Assembly: GCA_020724955.1 (NCBI GenBank)
Contig: DYFY01000005.1
Coordinates: forward strand, 452 to 64,451
Direction: 5' to 3'
Source: Candidatus Parvarchaeum sp.
GTDB taxonomy: Archaea > Nanobdellota > Nanobdellia > Pacearchaeales > GW2011-AR1
Length of the DNA stretch: 64,000 nucleotides
The position numbers and the translations under genes were made by a program. Each line of letters begins with the position of its first letter. The stretch's first letter is position 1. Shown piece after piece: positions 44,108-53,316 of the stretch. The notes beneath the pieces are model-generated. The model did not search any database and was not told where the DNA came from. It saw only the letters and a list, made by a program, of their open reading frames with translations.

Positions 44108-45553
44108 ATGGATGAAAGCAAAAAAGACCTCATATTAAGGTATTTGACACAACAGATAGCTTTGCTTCCCTCTCTTTCCAAGCAATACACATCTGGAAAG
44201 CCGACAAGAATTAGCTTTCTGCAATTAAAGTCTATAACAGACTCATTTTTCAAAAAGCAGATAGGGGAGAGAATCGTGCTTATGCCTGGATTGAGGGGCG
44301 TTGGAAAAACAACACTTCTATTTCAGACATATGAGCACATAAGAGAAAATCATGAAAATGCAGAGATAATCTATCTTTCTTTAGATGTCGTGGCAAAGCA
44401 ATTAAACTCAAGTCTTCAGGAATGCTTGGAAGTATATGAAACTAAAATCCTAAATTCTGCTTTAGAAAACTTGGATAAAAAGGTTGTTCTCCTTGTTGAT
44501 GAAGCCCATTATGATGAAAGTTGGAGTTCTGTGGTAAAAAGTATATATGACCGAACCAAGGAGGTATTAGTTCTTATCTCAGGTTCGTCTTCAATTGCAA
44601 TAGAAATAGACACAGACTTAACAAGAAGAATGTATATAGAAAGAATTTACCCTCTTAACTTCCCAGAATACTTACTCATAAAAAGAGGAGTTTATCCAAG
44701 AAAGAATTTAGGAAATGAAATTAAAGAAGCACTATTTAAATCTGAAAATATAGAAACAGCATTTGAAAAACTGCAACAAGTAAATCAAAGAGTGATAAAA
44801 GAAATCTCCACGAAAATTCCCAATCTTGATGTAGAAATAATGAATTTTATTTCTAAAGGCGGATTTCCTGCAATGTTAGAGGAAACAAAAGAAGAGAAAG
44901 TGTTTAGAAAAATATTAAGCGTGTTGGACAGAATAGTTTACCAAGATATTCTAACATTTTATCCATCATCAAAGCCAAATATTGATAAGGTAATTTCCAT
45001 TCTAACTGTTATTGCAAATTCTTCAGATAGGGTGAGTTATTCCAAACTAATGGAAATTCAAAATGTAAAATCCAAGTCTGCAATGGTTGAGATAATGCTT
45101 GCTCTAAAAAAAGCTGGAGTAATTATTGATTTGAAAGTTGAAGGTTCACCAGCCAAAATGGGAAGAAACTCTCCAAAATATTATTTTGCAAGTCCGACAA
45201 TTAGAGCAGCACTTTTATGGAGCATAGGAACTTTTCAAAAAAATAGTGGAACAATAGGTTATTTATTGGAAAATGCCGTATTCAATACCTTGTATAAATT
45301 AAAAACTTACAGCCCAGACATTATTCAACATATTGCCCATGATAGCGAAGCAGGAAATCCAGATTTCAAAGTTACAACTTCTTTAGGAAAAATGTTAATA
45401 GAGTGCGGGTGGGGAAGAAAAAGCAGCAGGCAAATGAAATCAAAAGATGATAAAAGATTTGGAATCATTATCTCGGATGTTAGGGAACCCAAATTAAATA
45501 AAGAAACAAATTCAATTTATATACCAAGAGAGATTATGTTGCTAATGGGGTAG
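44108..45553 (+). CDS. AAA ATPase (AAA_14 + DUF4143-like archaeal ATPase)
   Basis: Walker A GLRGVGKTT and Walker B LLVDEAH. C-terminal region fits the recalled DUF4143 architecture. Confidence 0.7.
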   Translation: MDESKKDLILRYLTQQIALLPSLSKQYTSGKPTRISFLQLKSITDSFFKKQIGERIVLMPGLRGVGKTTLLFQTYEHIRENHENAEIIYLSLDVVAKQLNSSLQECLEVYETKILNSALENLDKKVVLLVDEAHYDESWSSVVKSIYDRTKEVLVLISGSSSIAIEIDTDLTRRMYIERIYPLNFPEYLLIKRGVYPRKNLGNEIKEALFKSENIETAFEKLQQVNQRVIKEISTKIPNLDVEIMNFISKGGFPAMLEETKEEKVFRKILSVLDRIVYQDILTFYPSSKPNIDKVISILTVIANSSDRVSYSKLMEIQNVKSKSAMVEIMLALKKAGVIIDLKVEGSPAKMGRNSPKYYFASPTIRAALLWSIGTFQKNSGTIGYLLENAVFNTLYKLKTYSPDIIQHIAHDSEAGNPDFKVTTSLGKMLIECGWGRKSSRQMKSKDDKRFGIIISDVREPKLNKETNSIYIPREIMLLMG

Positions 45554-45862
45554 AATACATGAACATGGTAAAAAATGATTACAGCAGCTGGAAATAATTT
45601 TTCAGGAGTTTAGATGTTAATTTTTCAGGGTTTACAGATCCCTTAGAAGCAACAATACCCTTGTGCATGTAAAGTAAACCCTTTAACTGCACTTCTTTAC
45701 GCTTAAATTATCTCTAAAATCTGTTGATGATTATAGCTAAACGAGCATATCTGGTTATTGGAGGCAATTTTCATGGAAATGTTATTAATGAATTTATGCA
45801 CGATTGGGAAGTTGGCTTAACAGTGCAGAAACATATTTAAATCAGGTTTAGCTAATTAGGGA

Positions 45863-46459
45863 ATGGCATTAGATTCGGTTATTGCGAGTGTTCCGGGGAT
45901 TTTCATGCAATTTGACCCTTTTTCAAGCGGTTTTTCTTTCAGGGAATTGATATATGGATGGGAGTCTGCGGGAGTCTTTGATTTTCTTCTTCCGTTCTTA
46001 TTAGTTTTTGCTATAATTTTTGCCATTTTGGAGAACAGCAGGGTGTTGGGCGGAAACAGAGGTGTGAATATGTTGATTTCAATTGTTTTGGGATTGTTAG
46101 TGACAAGATTTGCTTTTGTCACTGATTTTTTTGCGGTCGTGTTTGCAAATTTGGGGATAGCTTTGGCAGGTTTGATTGTCCTGCTAATTTTGATAGGGCT
46201 TTTTACTAATGATCAAAACAGAGATACGTGGGTGAGGACTGTTTACTTTATTTCGTTAGGAGGCGTTGCGTTTGTGATTATTGCTTCGTTAAACCAGTTT
46301 TATTGGTTTGGCTCGCCTTGGTGGCAAAGGAATTGGGTGTCGGTTTTATGGATAGCTTTGTTGGTTTTGGCTATTGGGGCTTTTATGAATAACAAAAAGG
46401 GCCAGGAAAACAAGTGGAGTGGGATTCTAAAGCCTATCAGGGAAGCTCTAAACCCTTAA
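45863..46459 (+). CDS. Membrane protein, paralog family member 2
   Basis: FLLPFLLVFAIIFAILENSRVLGG block. Several TM helices. Confidence 0.6.
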   Translation: MALDSVIASVPGIFMQFDPFSSGFSFRELIYGWESAGVFDFLLPFLLVFAIIFAILENSRVLGGNRGVNMLISIVLGLLVTRFAFVTDFFAVVFANLGIALAGLIVLLILIGLFTNDQNRDTWVRTVYFISLGGVAFVIIASLNQFYWFGSPWWQRNWVSVLWIALLVLAIGAFMNNKKGQENKWSGILKPIREALNP

Positions 46460-46523
46460 TTCTATGTCACTTTTCAGTTACTACCATGGAAAGGTTTAAA
46501 TATTAGTCTTTTTCTGATTTGGT

Positions 46524-47054
46524 ATGGCGAATGGAACTGCTACAGCACAGCTTGCTGGGATTGAATTTTTGGCTCCTATAATGGCCTTTTTCATAGTTGC
46601 TATACTGATGGGGGCTTTGCTTAGAAAAACAAAACTTTTTGGAAGCAATGTATGGATTGACATTTTTCTATCTTTAATTGTCGCCAGCTTATTTGTCATT
46701 TTTGGCAAAGCGAGAGATGTCATACTTCAGGTTACTCCGTGGTTTGGCATAATGATTGTGGCTTTGTTTTTCATTCTTTTAATAGCAGGATTTATCGGAA
46801 AAACTGACGATATTGTCGGAAAAGGGTTGGGGATGTTTTTCGTTTTTTTGATAGGGGTTGTTTTTTTAATAGCTATTGCGAATTCTTTTTATTTGGATAT
46901 ACTACCTTATCTGCCGGGGCCGAGTTTTGGGCACGGAGGCAGTTTTGAAAAACTTATTTTTTTCAGCTGGCTTTATTCACCGCCAGTAGCTGGAACTTTC
47001 TGGCTTGTTGTTTCTGCCGTAGTTGTCGGATGGATTTTGGTAAAAAGCAAATAA
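46524..47054 (+). CDS. Membrane protein, paralog family member 3 (divergent)
   Basis: FLAPIMAFFIVAILMGALLRKTKLFG block. Several TM helices. Confidence 0.55.
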   Translation: MANGTATAQLAGIEFLAPIMAFFIVAILMGALLRKTKLFGSNVWIDIFLSLIVASLFVIFGKARDVILQVTPWFGIMIVALFFILLIAGFIGKTDDIVGKGLGMFFVFLIGVVFLIAIANSFYLDILPYLPGPSFGHGGSFEKLIFFSWLYSPPVAGTFWLVVSAVVVGWILVKSK

Positions 47055-47055
47055 A

Positions 47056-47412
47056 ATGAAGAAGAGAGGGTATCCGAAAATAGGAGATTATTTTGGAGAT
47101 GTTGCAGGGGTGCATCAACTGGAAAATTTGGCTCCAAGAATTGGAACAAGAAATGTTCAACATTATAAATTGCTCTCAGGAAAAATAGTGGTTGTTCTTG
47201 ATCAAGATGTCGTTCATGCTGATTTGCATTGGAAAAGGCCGGAAAGAAGACTTTGCGTTGCAGGATATTTAGCCAGACCTATCAGATATTTTGGACTAAT
47301 TAAAAGAGTTGAGCTAATTCCGGATGAAGAAAAGGAGAGAGTTTGCAGGGAATTAAAAAGAATCACTGAGAGTGATGAAAGAGCTGTTGAATATATAGTA
47401 TTTTGGCAATAA
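47056..47412 (+). CDS. Hypothetical protein
   Basis: 118 aa. Starts 2 bp after the preceding stop. No motif recognised. Confidence 0.45.
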   Translation: MKKRGYPKIGDYFGDVAGVHQLENLAPRIGTRNVQHYKLLSGKIVVVLDQDVVHADLHWKRPERRLCVAGYLARPIRYFGLIKRVELIPDEEKERVCRELKRITESDERAVEYIVFWQ

Positions 47413-47417
47413 AAAAG

Positions 47418-48206
47418 TTATTCTTTTTTCTTTCTGGCTGATTTGTGTTTGCCGGAAGATTTTCTTGAATGGAGTTTAGAAAAGGTTTTTTGGGTTTCTA
47501 TAAGCTCTTTTTTCAGGTCGGAAACATTTGTTACGTAATCGCCTACTTTCCGCAGGACTGCTGTATTGAGGGTGTCAATTATTTTTTCTATTCTTTTTAA
47601 CCTGTCATCGAGGGTTTCTATTTTTGCTTCCATGGTTGTTTTCATTCCAATTATTTTTTCTACACCTTTTCTTATTTCAGCCATTTTCTCGGCGACAATT
47701 TGTTCGGAGATTTCAGAAATTATATCCGGGCTTAGTCCTGTTGACGGATAAGGGTATTGCTCTTGTTCTGGAGCGGGAGGATAATCCGGATAAACCTGTT
47801 GAGGCTGCGGAAACTGGTCATAGGAAGGATATTCAGAGGCAGGAGGGTTTTGATAGTTCTGGTTCTGCTCCTGATAATATCCTGGAGGGTAATTGTAGCT
47901 GTTATTTTCTTCAGGCTGATTCATTATTGATTGCTGCATCCCAGGAGGAATTTGTTTTGGGTAATCTCCAGTGTTTCTTTGAGGGTATTGTGAAGGAGTT
48001 TCATAATCCATGTAGCTTTCTGGTTGTTCTTGAATCGGCTCTTCCGGGTCTTTTTCCACGGCTTCTTTTATTTTTGACTGAGAAAGAGCTTCTAAGATAT
48101 CTTTGTGGGAAACTCCCTTTTCCCGAAGAATTTTTATTATCTCTTCCTCTGGCATTCCTTGCTTCTGCATTCTTTTTGTTTCATCTAATACGCTTGCTGC
48201 TACCAT
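47418..48206 (-). CDS. Three-part protein: small helical N-domain, P/Q/Y-rich low-complexity linker, C-terminal coiled coil
   Basis: N-domain GMPEEEIIKILREKGVSHKDILEAL. Linker rich in YP/QQ/PP. Coiled coil IETLDDRLKRIEKIIDTLNTAVL. Confidence 0.55.
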   Translation of the reverse strand: MVAASVLDETKRMQKQGMPEEEIIKILREKGVSHKDILEALSQSKIKEAVEKDPEEPIQEQPESYMDYETPSQYPQRNTGDYPKQIPPGMQQSIMNQPEENNSYNYPPGYYQEQNQNYQNPPASEYPSYDQFPQPQQVYPDYPPAPEQEQYPYPSTGLSPDIISEISEQIVAEKMAEIRKGVEKIIGMKTTMEAKIETLDDRLKRIEKIIDTLNTAVLRKVGDYVTNVSDLKKELIETQKTFSKLHSRKSSGKHKSARKKKE

Positions 48207-48209
48207 TTT

Positions 48210-48524
48210 TTATTTTTTCATGTGCGGCGACAAAATGTCAAGCTGTCTCTGCAAAATCATAAGCTCCTCCCGCCTGGCTGTTTCTGAGAGCTGGTCGAGT
48301 ATATTTTGGATGAATTCTCTCATTCTTATATTCTCTTCCTTCAGTTTTAAAGTCTCTTTTTTTAGTTCCTGAAGCTCTTGGTGTATATTTTCTCTGTGTT
48401 CTATAAGGCTATTGCCTATCAGGATAATGCGCTCTTTGAGGAGCTTTTGCTTTTCTTCCAAATCCTGCAAATGAAAACTTGGGTCTGGAGCTTGAGAGAG
48501 GTTTGGAGGATAATTTTCCGGCAT
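48210..48524 (-). CDS. Coiled-coil protein
   Basis: 104 aa, heptad-rich. Lies 3 bp upstream of the 47418..48206 gene on the same strand. Confidence 0.5.
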   Translation of the reverse strand: MPENYPPNLSQAPDPSFHLQDLEEKQKLLKERIILIGNSLIEHRENIHQELQELKKETLKLKEENIRMREFIQNILDQLSETARREELMILQRQLDILSPHMKK

Positions 48525-48852
48525 AATTATTTGAAGAAGAGGGAGTTTAAAATAGTTTGCTTGGTAGAAGCATGGGACGGAAAAGTGTTTCTTTTTACTT
48601 CCTTTTTTCGGGAAGTTTTATAATTCTCTAACTGCTAAATTTTTGAATGGTCAGAATTACGCCTGTCTTGAAAGAGTGTTCCGCTTAATAGGGAAAGATT
48701 AAAATGCAAAATAAATTACACCAAAAAATACTTTAAGAAAGATATTAGCAGTAATATTTTTTTAGGGAGTAGCGTATGTACTTTGAGATATTAAGCCGAA
48801 AAACCCAACAAAAAGGAGAGTTTTTAAATAGTTCCAGCATTTTTTGTAATTA

Positions 48853-49170
48853 ATGAATAAAAAGGCATTAGGTGCTATTGAGATTTTGGTTTTAGCCGTT
48901 GTTTTGATTTTTTCAGCTACTATAGCTATAACCGAAGATAATGCTTACACTGAGACTTTTAAAATTAATGAATTGACTCCAAAAATTTTGAGAGGGCCTG
49001 AGGGCAATGTGGCTAGAATCGAATTCGAATTATTCCATAACTCTGATGTTTTAATTAGGCAGGGATGGAGATATGAAGATCCACTTTTCGAATCTCTCTA
49101 TCTGGCATTTATGGGTCCAGGGTTGGAGCTTTCTCCTGATATAAGAGTTGGAGGTGTTTGTGATGTTTAA
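48853..49170 (+). CDS. Prepilin-like protein (class III signal peptide)
   Basis: MNKKA/LGAIEILVLAVVLIF. Confidence 0.6.
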   Translation: MNKKALGAIEILVLAVVLIFSATIAITEDNAYTETFKINELTPKILRGPEGNVARIEFELFHNSDVLIRQGWRYEDPLFESLYLAFMGPGLELSPDIRVGGVCDV

Positions 49171-49609
49171 ACCCTCCATTGTTATTGTTTTAGTTTTAAT
49201 TATTTTGGCTATTGCACAATCTAATGCAGCAGGTCCAGAAGTAGAAAAGGAAGTTTTAGAGTTATTAAAAAAATATGAATGGGTTCCAGTTATCGTTAAA
49301 ATTCATTTTAATAATAATTTGAACTTAGACTTAATCCTACAGAATCTTAGTGATGAGGAATTTATATTAAAAGAGAAATTGCTTAGAGGAGACGGCTTTG
49401 CCGGCAATCTATCTCAGAAGGGATTAGACAAGTTGTCAGAAAATAAAGAAATTAGTTATATATATTGGGATAGGGTGGCTTACACTATAGGAGATGATTC
49501 TTCTCAAGTTAGTATTGGCCAGCCAAAAAAGGAGTTAGTTATAGTGATCTTATTGGCCATTATTTTTTTGGTGCTATTTTTCATTTATCTAAGGAGAAGA
49601 AAGACATGA
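49163..49609 (+). CDS. Secreted protein with a C-terminal TM anchor and basic tail
   Basis: Signal peptide ending AQSNA. C-terminal LVIVILLAIIFLVLFFIYLRRRKT. SD GGAGGTG upstream of the ATG at 49163. Confidence 0.5.
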   Translation: MFKPSIVIVLVLIILAIAQSNAAGPEVEKEVLELLKKYEWVPVIVKIHFNNNLNLDLILQNLSDEEFILKEKLLRGDGFAGNLSQKGLDKLSENKEISYIYWDRVAYTIGDDSSQVSIGQPKKELVIVILLAIIFLVLFFIYLRRRKT

Positions 49610-50085
49610 GATTCAACCCAAAAATTAGGATATTTTTAGTGCTTTCAGATATAGAAAATCAGCTTGATGATGATTTGTGGGGAATCGGATTGAGCATTGA
49701 CCGCTCTGTTACGTCTAGTGTCAGCGCTAAAGATAATCCTACTCCAGAATACAGGCCTAAATTGGTAATTACTTATGGAGCAAATCAGACAGATGCTAAT
49801 GCAGCCATAGAAGAAGGGATAGGAAATTCTCTGCCCGGAAATCAGATTAAGAGCAATCAGCAGATTTACTTAGTTAATGAAGAAGGGAATCATTTCTTGG
49901 GAAGTTTTGACAGAGCAACTATACTGAATAATCAAACATGGAGCTTTCATTACGCAGATAATGTAGGAGCTTTGATTGGGATGCCTTCGCTATTCAGAGT
50001 TTTGAATATTTGGGAGAATCACACTTTGTCTTATGAAGAGATAGTAAGCCAGGTGGAGAGTTTTATTAATGTGACAAGATATTAA
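49606..50085 (+). CDS. Hypothetical protein (pilus-operon member)
   Basis: 4-bp overlap with the preceding gene. No confident motif. Confidence 0.45.
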   Translation: MRFNPKIRIFLVLSDIENQLDDDLWGIGLSIDRSVTSSVSAKDNPTPEYRPKLVITYGANQTDANAAIEEGIGNSLPGNQIKSNQQIYLVNEEGNHFLGSFDRATILNNQTWSFHYADNVGALIGMPSLFRVLNIWENHTLSYEEIVSQVESFINVTRY

Positions 50086-50097
50086 GAAAGAGGGAAG

Positions 50098-52368
50098 ATG
50101 GTGTTTAAACAAGGTGCGACGTTGTATGCTGTTGAAGTTGACAGGAAGGAGGGTGAAAGCATATTATATGTTAATTATCTCGGGGCAGGATTTGTGCCTT
50201 CTCTTGCTGAAAATCCGGAAGTGATGGCGAGGACAATAGACTCTTTAATTGAGAATCCCGGAGTTTCTAGGATTGTTTTTGTCCAACAAAAAAATTATAA
50301 TTATCCGTTTGAGCAAGTGGCGTTGCTTGCCGATATAGCTCAATTGTATGTTTATTTGGTCAAACAGGAAAGAGTTTTGTCTCCTGAAAGGCTGAGCTTA
50401 TTTGGGGATGTAGGGAGATATCACAGCGAAATAAGCTATTTTATAGGGCTTTTGAGAAGCGACCCGGTTGCAAGTTATCTGGAAATTGAAAAAGCAATTG
50501 AAAAAATCAAAAAGGCAGAGGCTTCAGGAAGCTACGCAGATTTGAATTCAAAAGGCTATCTTAGATTTCTTGAAAGAATACATGACCTTTTGGAAAAAAC
50601 AAAACTTATCAGCAAAGTTAAGGATGTAGTCAAGACTTATTACGCCGGAGACAGAAGCATTTACTCAAATATATTCCGCCCGGACATAATGCCGAATTTT
50701 ACTTTTACAAGACTTGTGGCTCAGTTGCCGGAAGATGCCAAGCTGGTTGATCAATATGTGATAGATGTGGATGGAGAGGAAATTGGAGTGACTATTTTGA
50801 AAAAAGAAAATGATTCTAGTTATATTTATCACATAATGCCTCCTGAGTATATTCTGGAGGAAGAGCATCATCTGCTTTTGAATCTCGGGAAAAGTGTTTT
50901 GATTGAGCACCAGCCGAAAGCGGAGGAGTTTACAGATCCAGACAGGACGAGAGCGGTTTTTTTGAATGTCTCCAGGGATTTGCTGAGAGATTTGGCTGAG
51001 AGCAAGGGAATAAGCTTAAGCTACAAAGAATTAAACAATCTTGCAAAAATTTTAGTCCGCCAGACAATAGGGAGCGGTTTGATAGAGGTTTTGCTGATGG
51101 ATGACAGGCTGCAGGACATATTTTTAAATTCCCCGATAGCGCAAAATCCTGTTTTTGTAAGACACTCTGAATATGGAGAGTGCGTAACCAATGTTATCCC
51201 AAGTTATGAAGATTCAGATTCGTGGGCCACCAAATTAAGACTTCAGAGCGGAAGACCTTTGGATGAAGCTAATCCTATTCTTGACACTGATCTTGTTTTT
51301 GGGAAGGTGAGGGCAAGAGTGGCAGCTATACAAAGACCTTTGTCTCCAAACGGACTGGCTTATGCAATAAGAAGGCACAGGGACCAGCCTTGGACGTTGC
51401 CTTTATTCATACATAACAAGATGATTAATTCCTTTTGCGCCGGATTGTTGAGCTTTATGATAGACGGCTCAAGAACGCTGCTTATTGCGGGCACCAGAAG
51501 CTCTGGGAAAACATCTCTTCTCGGAAGTTTGATGCTTGAAATAATGCCGAAAGTCAGAGCAATAATAATAGAGGATACTTTGGAACTTCCTGTTGATTCA
51601 CTCAGGAAAATAGGCTACAACATTCAGAGAATGAAGGTCAGGAGTGCGTTGACAGAGACAACTAGCGAAGTTGAAGCTTCTGAGGGAATAAGGGCAAGTT
51701 TGAGACTTGGAGACAGCGCATTGATTGTTGGAGAAGTGAGAAGCAGTGAAGCCAAAGCATTGTATGAAGCTATGAGAGTGGGAGCATTGGCGAATGTGGT
51801 TGCGGGCACGATTCACGGAGCTTCTCCCTATGGCGTTTTTGACAGGATTGTCAATGATCTCGGAGTGCCTATAACGAGCTTTAAAGCCAGCGATTTGATT
51901 GTTGTCGCCAATCCAATAAAAACTCCTGACGGACTGCACAGCATGAAAAGAGTTGTGCAGGTTTCTGAAGTCAGAAAACACTGGACAAAAGACCCTAATG
52001 AGGAAAAAGGTTTTGTTGATCTTTTAAGATACAATGTGGAAAAAGATGAGCTTGAGCCAACTGATGAGCTGATAAATGGAGAGTCTGAAATAATAAAAGA
52101 AATAGTGTCTAAGGTGAAAGGATGGGCGGGAAATTGGGATGCAATTTATGACAATATTCTGCTTAGAGGAAGCATAAAACAGGAGATTGTAAACATGGCG
52201 AAGAAATTCAGCAAACCAGAATTAATGGAAGCAAAATTTAACTCTATGAGCAATGATGCTTTTCATAAAATCAGCGACGATGTTACAAAAGAGTTTGGTC
52301 TGCCATTAAGCGAAAAAGTATTTCCTGCTTGGAAAGACTGGGCTTTGAAAGAAATCAAAAAGTTTTGA
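50098..52368 (+). CDS. Type IV pilus/archaellum-type secretion ATPase (FlaI/VirB11/GspE family) with a long N-terminal extension
   Basis: Walker A GTRSSGKTS, Walker B IIIEDTLEL, GEVRSSEA, and His box GTIHG. Confidence 0.88.
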   Translation: MVFKQGATLYAVEVDRKEGESILYVNYLGAGFVPSLAENPEVMARTIDSLIENPGVSRIVFVQQKNYNYPFEQVALLADIAQLYVYLVKQERVLSPERLSLFGDVGRYHSEISYFIGLLRSDPVASYLEIEKAIEKIKKAEASGSYADLNSKGYLRFLERIHDLLEKTKLISKVKDVVKTYYAGDRSIYSNIFRPDIMPNFTFTRLVAQLPEDAKLVDQYVIDVDGEEIGVTILKKENDSSYIYHIMPPEYILEEEHHLLLNLGKSVLIEHQPKAEEFTDPDRTRAVFLNVSRDLLRDLAESKGISLSYKELNNLAKILVRQTIGSGLIEVLLMDDRLQDIFLNSPIAQNPVFVRHSEYGECVTNVIPSYEDSDSWATKLRLQSGRPLDEANPILDTDLVFGKVRARVAAIQRPLSPNGLAYAIRRHRDQPWTLPLFIHNKMINSFCAGLLSFMIDGSRTLLIAGTRSSGKTSLLGSLMLEIMPKVRAIIIEDTLELPVDSLRKIGYNIQRMKVRSALTETTSEVEASEGIRASLRLGDSALIVGEVRSSEAKALYEAMRVGALANVVAGTIHGASPYGVFDRIVNDLGVPITSFKASDLIVVANPIKTPDGLHSMKRVVQVSEVRKHWTKDPNEEKGFVDLLRYNVEKDELEPTDELINGESEIIKEIVSKVKGWAGNWDAIYDNILLRGSIKQEIVNMAKKFSKPELMEAKFNSMSNDAFHKISDDVTKEFGLPLSEKVFPAWKDWALKEIKKF

Positions 52369-53316
52369 TTACCAGATTTTCTTGAATTTTTCTTGTGCTT
52401 TGATTAGTTCGGAAGTCATTGCTTCATCGAAAGGAGTGTGGGATCCTAAAGGGACTATTACCAGTTTTGATTTTGGCAAAGCTTTATGCAAATCCCATGC
52501 AGATGACATTGGGCAAATAGTATCATAACGTCCTTGTATTATATATACAGGGATATTTTTTATTTTGTCTGCATTATTCAGAATGAGATTTTCAGGGCTT
52601 ATAAAAAAGTTGTGTAATGCGTAATGACATTCTGTTTTGGCGAAGGAAATCTCTTTTTTTGAATCAAGGAAACTGGATTTTCTTTTTTTTGGAATTATTG
52701 ACATAATCGCTTCTTCCCAATTGCTCCAGCGTTTTGCCGCTTCAGTTTGAGTTTTTTTTGATGTCAATAACCTGTAATAATGATGCAGTATCCTGTCTTG
52801 ATTATTTTTTGGAATTATTGAAACAAATTTTTCCCATTCATCTGGCCAGATTTCTGAAGCTCCTCCTGGTTTAAACAGCCAGTCATTTTCTTTTTTTCTT
52901 CCAAGGCATACACCTCGGATTATGATTCCTTTTACTGGCCTGGGATAGCTTATTGCATAGAGTAGCGCCAGGAGCGATCCCCAGCTTCCTCCTGTAACGA
53001 GCCATTTTTTTATGTCGAGATGATTTCTCAATTTTTCCAAATCTTCTACAAGGTGCAAGGCAGTGTTTTCTCTAAGCTCTGCGAATGGCCTGCTTTTTCC
53101 TGCGCCACGCTGATCAAGAAGTATTATTCTGTAAAATTTCGGGTCCAGGAGCCTGCGGTATTCAGGTATTATTCCAACTCCAGGACCTCCGTGCAGAAAA
53201 ATTGCCGGCTTTCCTTTCGGGTTTCCGACTTGTTCATAGTGCAAAGTATGTATTTTTGAAACTTTTAAGAAACCTTCGTCATAGGGTTTTATTTTTGGAA
53301 AAAGAGATGACTTCAT
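52369..53316 (-). CDS. pip: Proline iminopeptidase (alpha/beta hydrolase)
   Basis: HTLHYEQVGNPKGKPAIFLHGGPG, GGSWGS nucleophile elbow, and a C-terminal GSH. Confidence 0.88.
   Translation of the reverse strand: MKSSLFPKIKPYDEGFLKVSKIHTLHYEQVGNPKGKPAIFLHGGPGVGIIPEYRRLLDPKFYRIILLDQRGAGKSRPFAELRENTALHLVEDLEKLRNHLDIKKWLVTGGSWGSLLALLYAISYPRPVKGIIIRGVCLGRKKENDWLFKPGGASEIWPDEWEKFVSIIPKNNQDRILHHYYRLLTSKKTQTEAAKRWSNWEEAIMSIIPKKRKSSFLDSKKEISFAKTECHYALHNFFISPENLILNNADKIKNIPVYIIQGRYDTICPMSSAWDLHKALPKSKLVIVPLGSHTPFDEAMTSELIKAQEKFKKIW

Noticed and set aside
47624-48262. 212-aa + strand ORF overlapping the P/Q/Y-rich gene
   Set aside because: It is antisense to a better-supported minus-strand ORF with a coiled coil and a defined N-domain. 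It crosses the gene boundary at 48206/48210.
49606-50085. Possible remnant of a larger surface-protein domain (segment DNPTPEYRPKLVITY recalls the end of a carbohydrate-binding/DNRLRE-type domain)
   Set aside because: The resemblance is a single short motif from memory. The ORF is intact and coupled within the operon, so it is kept as a hypothetical CDS rather than a pseudogene.
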